Shown piece after piece: positions 20,844 through 26,535 of a stretch of 26,535 nucleotides of DNA (positions are counted from its first letter, which is position 1; the number at the start of each line of letters is the position of its first letter). The DNA is taken from assembly GCA_030141605.1 (NCBI GenBank), contig JAQGDQ010001758.1, positions 1 to 26,535 on the forward strand, given 5' to 3'. Position numbers and translations under genes: made by a program. The stretch is from Tubiluchus corallicola. Lineage: Eukaryota; Animalia; Priapulida. The notes beneath the pieces were generated by a model, which was given only the letters and a program-made list of their open reading frames with translations, was not told the DNA's origin and made no database searches.

Positions 20844-21321
20844 CAGTCAACCTCGGATATAAGGGACACCTCCGGACCGTAAAAAACCGTCCCTTATATC
20901 CAATGTCCCTTATAGCCGAAGTTCAGTCAGACCGAGGGTGTATCTAGACCTGTACTTTTACCCATATTTTTATGGATTATTGCTACACATTCAGTGCAAA
21001 TGGTATGTAGGAAGTTCCTTCAGTGATGCGAGATGTACGTGACCACGGAAACTGATCAGCTCGTTCGAAGGCCAAATTTGCGAAAAATTTAGGTCAAAAA
21101 TCAATCAATTTCGGTTTGATCATAGGGTCCCTTATATGTGAGGTAATTTACCCGGGTTTCTATTATGCGGGACCTGAAGATATCGTCTCTTATAACCGAA
21201 AGTCCCTTACATTAGACTATCTTATATACAACAAATTTTTACAGAGGAAAAACGTTCGGAAAAATCGGGACCGGTGTTGGCGGTGCCTTATAAACGAATA
21301 CCTCATACCCGAGGTTGATTG
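20844..21321. mobile_element. Tc1/mariner (pogo/Tigger-like) MITE, copy B (internally deleted, inverted relative to copy A)
   Basis: TA|CAGTCAACCTCGG ... CCGAGGTTGATTG|TA. Confidence 0.88.
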
Positions 21322-21344
21322 TAATACCAAGGAAGTTGTTTACT

Positions 21345-21425
21345 AGATACAAAACACAGAAAACCTGAAAAATTTTGCTCCTCCGTTGGGACTCGAACAC
21401 AAGAACTTCTGCTCTCCGGGCAGCT
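21345..21425 (-). mobile_element. tRNA-derived SINE head fragment
   Basis: On the minus strand, a CTGC-CCGGAGA-GCAG anticodon-like stem-loop is followed by the B box GTTCGAGTCC (21398-21389). No A box or acceptor stem. Confidence 0.5.
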
Positions 21426-21729
21426 GTAATAATAATTTCATTTACGTGATGTTAGACGCCCTCTATTTTTCCGAAACCTACTTCAGGTACCCCTTTTCTT
21501 GTCCTTCAAATAATGTTAATACAAGCAAAAGCTTAGAACGGTTAAAGGTTTCTTATCTGTTATTTTAACCACGTAATTGCAAAGTCAAACGAAAAAAGAC
21601 ATGCTCATTTGTTTTAAATTTCACTATATGCACTAAGTGCAGGCATAAACTTAAATACAGCGCAAGACAAATATGTGAGCATAACAGATCTATTACTCCC
21701 ATTCACCGTATTTTCTTTTATTACAGATG

Positions 21730-22245
21730 AATATTACATTATTACCTATTTTCACATTATTACAATATTAGATTATTACCTAATTTTAAATTAACTACAT
21801 TATTACAACATTACATTATTACCTATTTTTACACCATTACAATATTACACTATTACCTAATTTTAAATTAAATACATTATTACAATATTACCTATTTTTA
21901 CATTATTACAATATTACATTATTGCCTAATTTTAAATTAAATACATTATTACAATATTACATTATTACCTATTTTTACACCTTTACAATATTACACTATG
22001 ACCTAATTTTAAATTAAATACATTATTACAATATTACATTATTACCTATTTTTACACCTTTACAATATTACACTATGACCTAATTTTAAATTAAATACAT
22101 TATTACAATATTACATTATTACCTATTTTTACACCTTTACAATATTACACTATGACCTAATTTTAAATTAAATACATTATTACAATATTACCTATTTTTA
22201 CATTATTACAATATTACATTATTACCTAATTCTACATTATTACCT
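21730..22245. repeat. AT-rich satellite with ~16-18-bp subunits (ACATTATTACAATATT) and a 77-bp higher-order period
   Basis: TAATTTTAAATTAAATAC at 21927, 22004, 22081 and 22158. Confidence 0.92.
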
Positions 22246-22711
22246 CAAGCAAAGTAAAGGGAATAAATGTAATGTAATGTAAAATCCATTTAACATCATT
22301 TAAAATCTCAGCATGCTAAACAATAAAATATATTTAAAATTCATAAGAAACTCAAAATTTAAAAGAATTCAAATTCATAAAAAGTATAATTTAAACAATT
22401 TGGCATTTTAAGATAATGTTTAAAATAATTTGATGAATTTGTAGAACGTATAGCAACAGGTATGTTATTCCAAAGACGTGGAGCTCAGACAGAGGAAGCT
22501 TTTCATCATGGGATGCTGTATTAGGAATTGGCTGATGTGAATTAATTTGTTCATTAGCATTAGAACAAAGTGTTCGGGGATATGTTACGGCACATTAACA
22601 GCACCAATTTTTTTTGTCAGTATAAGACTATTGCTTCATGAATTGATGAGTCTCACACGTGCGACGTTAAACGCCCTCTAGTAACGAAACCGTAAAATAC
22701 GCCTTCCCTAC

Positions 22712-22789
22712 CTGAGCTTCCTGATCAGCAGGTAGATTGAGTTGATCAGCTTCTCGGGCAGCAGCCACTTGTGTTGCATAACATCTTTG
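22712..22789 (-). CDS. UQCRC2: UQCRC2 exon (78 nt; end of presequence / mature N-terminus)
   Basis: ttctag|CAA AGA TGT TAT GCA...CAG|gtaggg; QRCYATQVAAAREADQLNLPADQEAQ, with an R-x-Y-A mitochondrial processing-like motif; phase 0 to 0. Confidence 0.82.
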
Positions 22790-23384
22790 CTAGAAGATAA
22801 AGCAGCGGAACGATATTACATGCAATGTACGAAGTCATTCTTTTAAACAATGAGGCGGGCCACAAAAAAATTTGTTTGTGTCTTACCTCATGAGCTCAGA
22901 AGATGCCAGTAGGGAGGAAGGAATTTTTTTTTGAAATTGTTTTGTGAATGTTTAAAACTGAATCGTTGAAATGTTTTAAAAATTTTCAATGCACATTTTT
23001 TCACGCTTTGTTTTTCTGTTTGCAATACTAAATTTTTGCATTTCATTACATTCAATTTTATACATTATTTAATTATAAAATTCAAAATATTTATAAATAG
23101 TATAAGCTATGAAAATATTGTTAATAATTGTAATTTTGTATGACACATCATGCTCCGCTGTTATAGTTCAAGCACCTTAGTGAAGGGTAAGTTCCCCAAG
23201 ACTGTCTATGGTCATGAACCTACCTTCACACTTAAGCAGTTATTATTGTCATCAGAGTACATTATGTCTTCGTAATTTTCATGTGTGAAATAAATTGTTC
23301 TTAAAACATTGTCTGACTAATGCCTACCTGCATACATGTCAAAGTAACACATTTACGGTGTTTCAAATGCTAGCGAACACACTA

Positions 23385-23410
23385 CGAGGGTCATATCAAA
23401 AAGTAATGGC
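23385..23410. mobile_element. Solo mariner-like TIR
   Basis: TA|CGAGGGTCATATCAAAAAGTAATG; no partner found in the window. Confidence 0.35.
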
Positions 23411-24092
23411 TTGACAGTTTACAATTAATGAAATTGAATTATCCTGCATATTTCATTTGACAATGTCTGACTAAAAATACAAAACATAGATGAATCATAC
23501 CAATATATTTCCAGCAACACGACTAAAAGGATTTCTTATACTGATCATTGCTATGTTGAATAGTTCACATAATAATAACTGTAAGATTTTACAAAAGTTC
23601 GCAAAATTTGTCCTTCCAACACTGCCAGTGAGCCTACTGTAGAAAGCTGTTCAGTTGTTTATATACGTTCGGCCGCTAGATGGGACCTTGCGACTTTGTT
23701 GTTAGCAACGATTTTGAAGTAGTAATTTCGCGTTTATTTTCGTCTGTTAATGGTTTATAATTTTTCTGGTAAAAAGTGCAAATGATGTCATAGTTAAGGT
23801 ACGTCATTTTAAAAATACAAACTGCGTAGCTTAAAACGGTTCAAGATGAAATTATTAATTTAATTGTTTATCCTTTTTAAATCGAAGGTGTTACTGTTAG
23901 AAACTAAAGTAATGTAAACTATAATTATGACTAGTCTATAGTCTATAATAAAAAAATAATTGATAAAAGTAGTCAAACTTGATAAGAGTTTAACAACATA
24001 GCGTTCGTAACTTGGGGCGCTATTGCACTTTCACACTACCTTTTTGAGGCTATTATACACGCTTTACTCAGTGTAAAGACAACGTAGTGGTG

Positions 24093-26535
24093 TGTGGTGA
24101 AATGGCACAGGTAAAAATGGTACAGAAAAAAAATGACACAAATGGAATAACATAAAAATGGCACAGGAAAAATGGCATGGTAAAAATGGTTCAGGAAAAA
24201 ATGGCACAGGAAATAATGGCATGGTAAAAATGGTACGGGAAAAAATGGCACAAATGAAAGTACATAAAAATGGCACAAGAAAAAATGGCACAGGAAATAA
24301 TGGCATGGTAAAAATGGTACAGGAAAAAATGGCACAAATGAAAGTACAAAAAATGACACAGGAAAAAATGGCACAGGAAATAATGGCACAGGAAAAAAAT
24401 GATACAGGAAAAAATGGCACAAATGAAAGTACAAAAAATGACACAGGAAAAAATGGCACAGGAAATAATGGCATGGTAAATATGGTACAGGAAAAAATGG
24501 CACGAATGGAAGTACATAAAAATGACACTGGAAAAAATGGCACAGGAATAATGGCATGGTAAATATGGTACAGGAAAAAATGGCACAGGAAATAATGGCA
24601 TGGTAAATATGGTACAGGAAAAAATGGCACGAATGGAAGTACATAAAAATGACACAGGAAAAAATGGCACAGGAATAATGGCACAGGAAATAATGGCATG
24701 GTAAATATGGTACAGGAAAAAATGGCACGAATGGAAGTACATAAAAATGACACAGGAAAAAATGGCACAGGAATAATGGCACAGGAAATAATGGCACAAA
24801 TGAAAGTACATAAAAATGGCACAGGAAATAATGGCATGGTAAAAATGGTACAGGAAAAAATGGCACGAATGGAAGTACATAAAAATGACACAGGAAAAAA
24901 TGGCACAAGAAAAATGGCACAGGAAAAATGGCATGGTAAATATGGTACAGGAAAAAATGGCACAGGAAATAATGGCATGGTAAAAATGGTACAGGAAAAA
25001 ATGGCACGAATGGAAGTACATAAAAATGACACAGGAAAAAATGGCACAAGAAAAATGGCACAGGAAATAATGACATGGTAAAAATGGTACAGGAAAAAAT
25101 GGCACAGGAAATTATGGCATGGTAAAAATGGCACAGGAAAAAATGACACAAATGGAAGTACATAAAAATGACACAGGAAAAATGGCACAGGAAATAATGG
25201 CATGGTAAAAATGGCACAGGAAATTATGGCATGGTAAAAATGGCACAGGAAAAAATGGCACGAATGGAAGTACATAAAAATGACACAGGAAAAAATGGCA
25301 CAAGAAAAATGGCACAGGAAATAATGGCATGGTAAATATGGTACAGGAAAAAATGGGACAGGAAATAATGGCATGGTAAATATGGTACAGGAAAAAATGG
25401 CACGAATGGAAGTACATAAAAATGACACAGGAAAAAATGGCACAGGAAAAATGGCACAGGAAATAATGACATGGTAAAATGGCACACGAAAAAATGGCAC
25501 CTGTAAAATGGCATGGGGAAAACATGGCGCAAATGGAAAAGTAGGAAACAATGGCACATGTACTATTTCCATGCAACTGATTTCTATAATAAAATTAGAA
25601 TGTGCTCCGTAGGAAGCAGATCTCTGCCAAAACTGAACAATCCTAAACTTACTCATCTAATTCTTTTGATTAAAAAAGCTTAACAGAAACATGAGCAAGC
25701 AAACATATAAAAATGTATCCATATTGGTATTATACATACTAACAAAAGACTCACATAATATTTGTGCATTAAATAGATTTATAATCAATAATGCATGAAT
25801 GTTCCACATAGTGTTTATCTACCTTTTGAATATTAATTTTGGCAGTGTCAGTTGACTGACAAATATATATGTTCCAAACCACCTGATAGGGCTATTCCCA
25901 TTAAGAAGCAAAGGTTTTAGACAGCGTTACTCAGTTTTACAAGCGAAATTTTCTCGAAATGGAACGTGGAACTAAATCATAGTTGTTCGTCCTGGTGGAG
26001 ATAATAAAAAGCAAGTTTTAAGCACTTCCTCTGAGACCTCCATAAAGTGCTTCACGAACGTTTTTGTACGTGGTGTTCGGTCACGTTTCTTGAAAAAAGA
26101 ACCGACAAAAAGATTCCCATTTTGGTATTATCCCACCATTCTTCCCAAAGTTTCTTGGAATCTGTTAGATAGTTTTTGCATAATAGTTTTATTGCCATAA
26201 CAGACAAAAAACAACAAAACTAACAGACGAATGAACAAACAAACTGTGTTGAAGGATAACTTCCTTGACAGAGGTAAAAATGACTCAAATAATTATTCCC
26301 CACATAATGATCGTAACCCTGACCTTAAACTCATATTTTATTAAGTGTTCCACTTCTGCCTTCTTATTCATTTATGTAATTTTTTTCTACACCATTTTTA
26401 CCGTGTCATTATTTCCTGTGCCATTTTTCCTCTGCCATTTTTTCCTGTATCATTTTTACCATGCCATTATTTCCTGTGCCATTTTTTCCTGTTCCATTTT
26501 TACCATGCTATTATTTCCTGTGCCATTTTTACCAT
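24093..26535. mobile_element. Foldback-type element with long modular tandem-repeat arms (right arm runs off the window)
   Basis: Left arm 24093-25560 of ATGGCACAGGAAAAA-type modules, a unique spacer of ~820 bp, and a reverse-complement arm (TTTTTCCTGTGCCAT) from ~26377 to the edge. Confidence 0.8.

Larger units (their letters stand above)
6978..22789 (-). other. UQCRC2: UQCRC2 gene span (cytochrome b-c1 complex core protein 2, peptidase M16 family, non-catalytic); 11 coding exons, first exon not in window
   Basis: Exons of 78+150+122+125+98+154+200+81+77+160+87 = 1332 nt, all phases compatible, giving 443 aa plus stop. Has a degenerate HxxEH site (THCLRN), SALNANYSDSGLFG and a C-terminal MAAVGDLYNTPHLDQL. 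Lacks the alpha-MPP Gly-rich loop. Confidence 0.93.

Noticed and set aside
21345-21425. tRNA gene
   Set aside because: Only a B box and one stem-loop; no cloverleaf. Treated as a SINE fragment.
22640-22675. Hammerhead-like TTGATGA-GTC...GAC-GTTAAAC
   Set aside because: Both core motifs (CUGANGA and GAAA) are broken and no stems I/III were found.
24036-25656. 393-530 aa ORFs rich in F/C/H/P
   Set aside because: Translations of the Foldback arm modules in all frames; no domain signal.
22860-25660. Candidate UQCRC2 first exon (minus-strand donors at ~22886 and ~25652)
   Set aside because: The nearby ATGs give the wrong phase, and the phase-0 frames contain stops. Exon 1 is probably outside the window.

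Overview
Eukaryotic (animal, probably marine invertebrate) genomic DNA, AT-rich and dense in repeats. Two spliced housekeeping genes converge tail-to-tail. On the + strand are the last two coding exons of nucleoporin NUP188 (2217-2346 and 4589-4816). On the - strand are 11 coding exons of mitochondrial complex III core protein 2, UQCRC2 (22789 down to 6978). These give 1332 nt in frame with all GT-AG introns; the ATG exon appears to lie beyond the right edge. The introns hold non-autonomous DNA transposons (piggyBac-like, hAT-like, Tc1/mariner-like and a Foldback-type element), retroelement remnants, several minisatellites and large microsatellites. Nearly all long ORFs in the supplied track are artefacts of these repeats. 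There is no CRISPR array, rRNA or intact tRNA, and I found no clear novel multi-gene system. The best leads are structural: (i) inverted MITEs tightly flanking an in-frame 495-nt four-exon block (circRNA geometry); (ii) a 27-copy minisatellite that multiplies a NUP188 splice donor; (iii) a nested MITE/satellite in which the inner hAT element carries an inverted copy of the host's satellite unit; (iv) a minisatellite built of perfect NFI palindromes.
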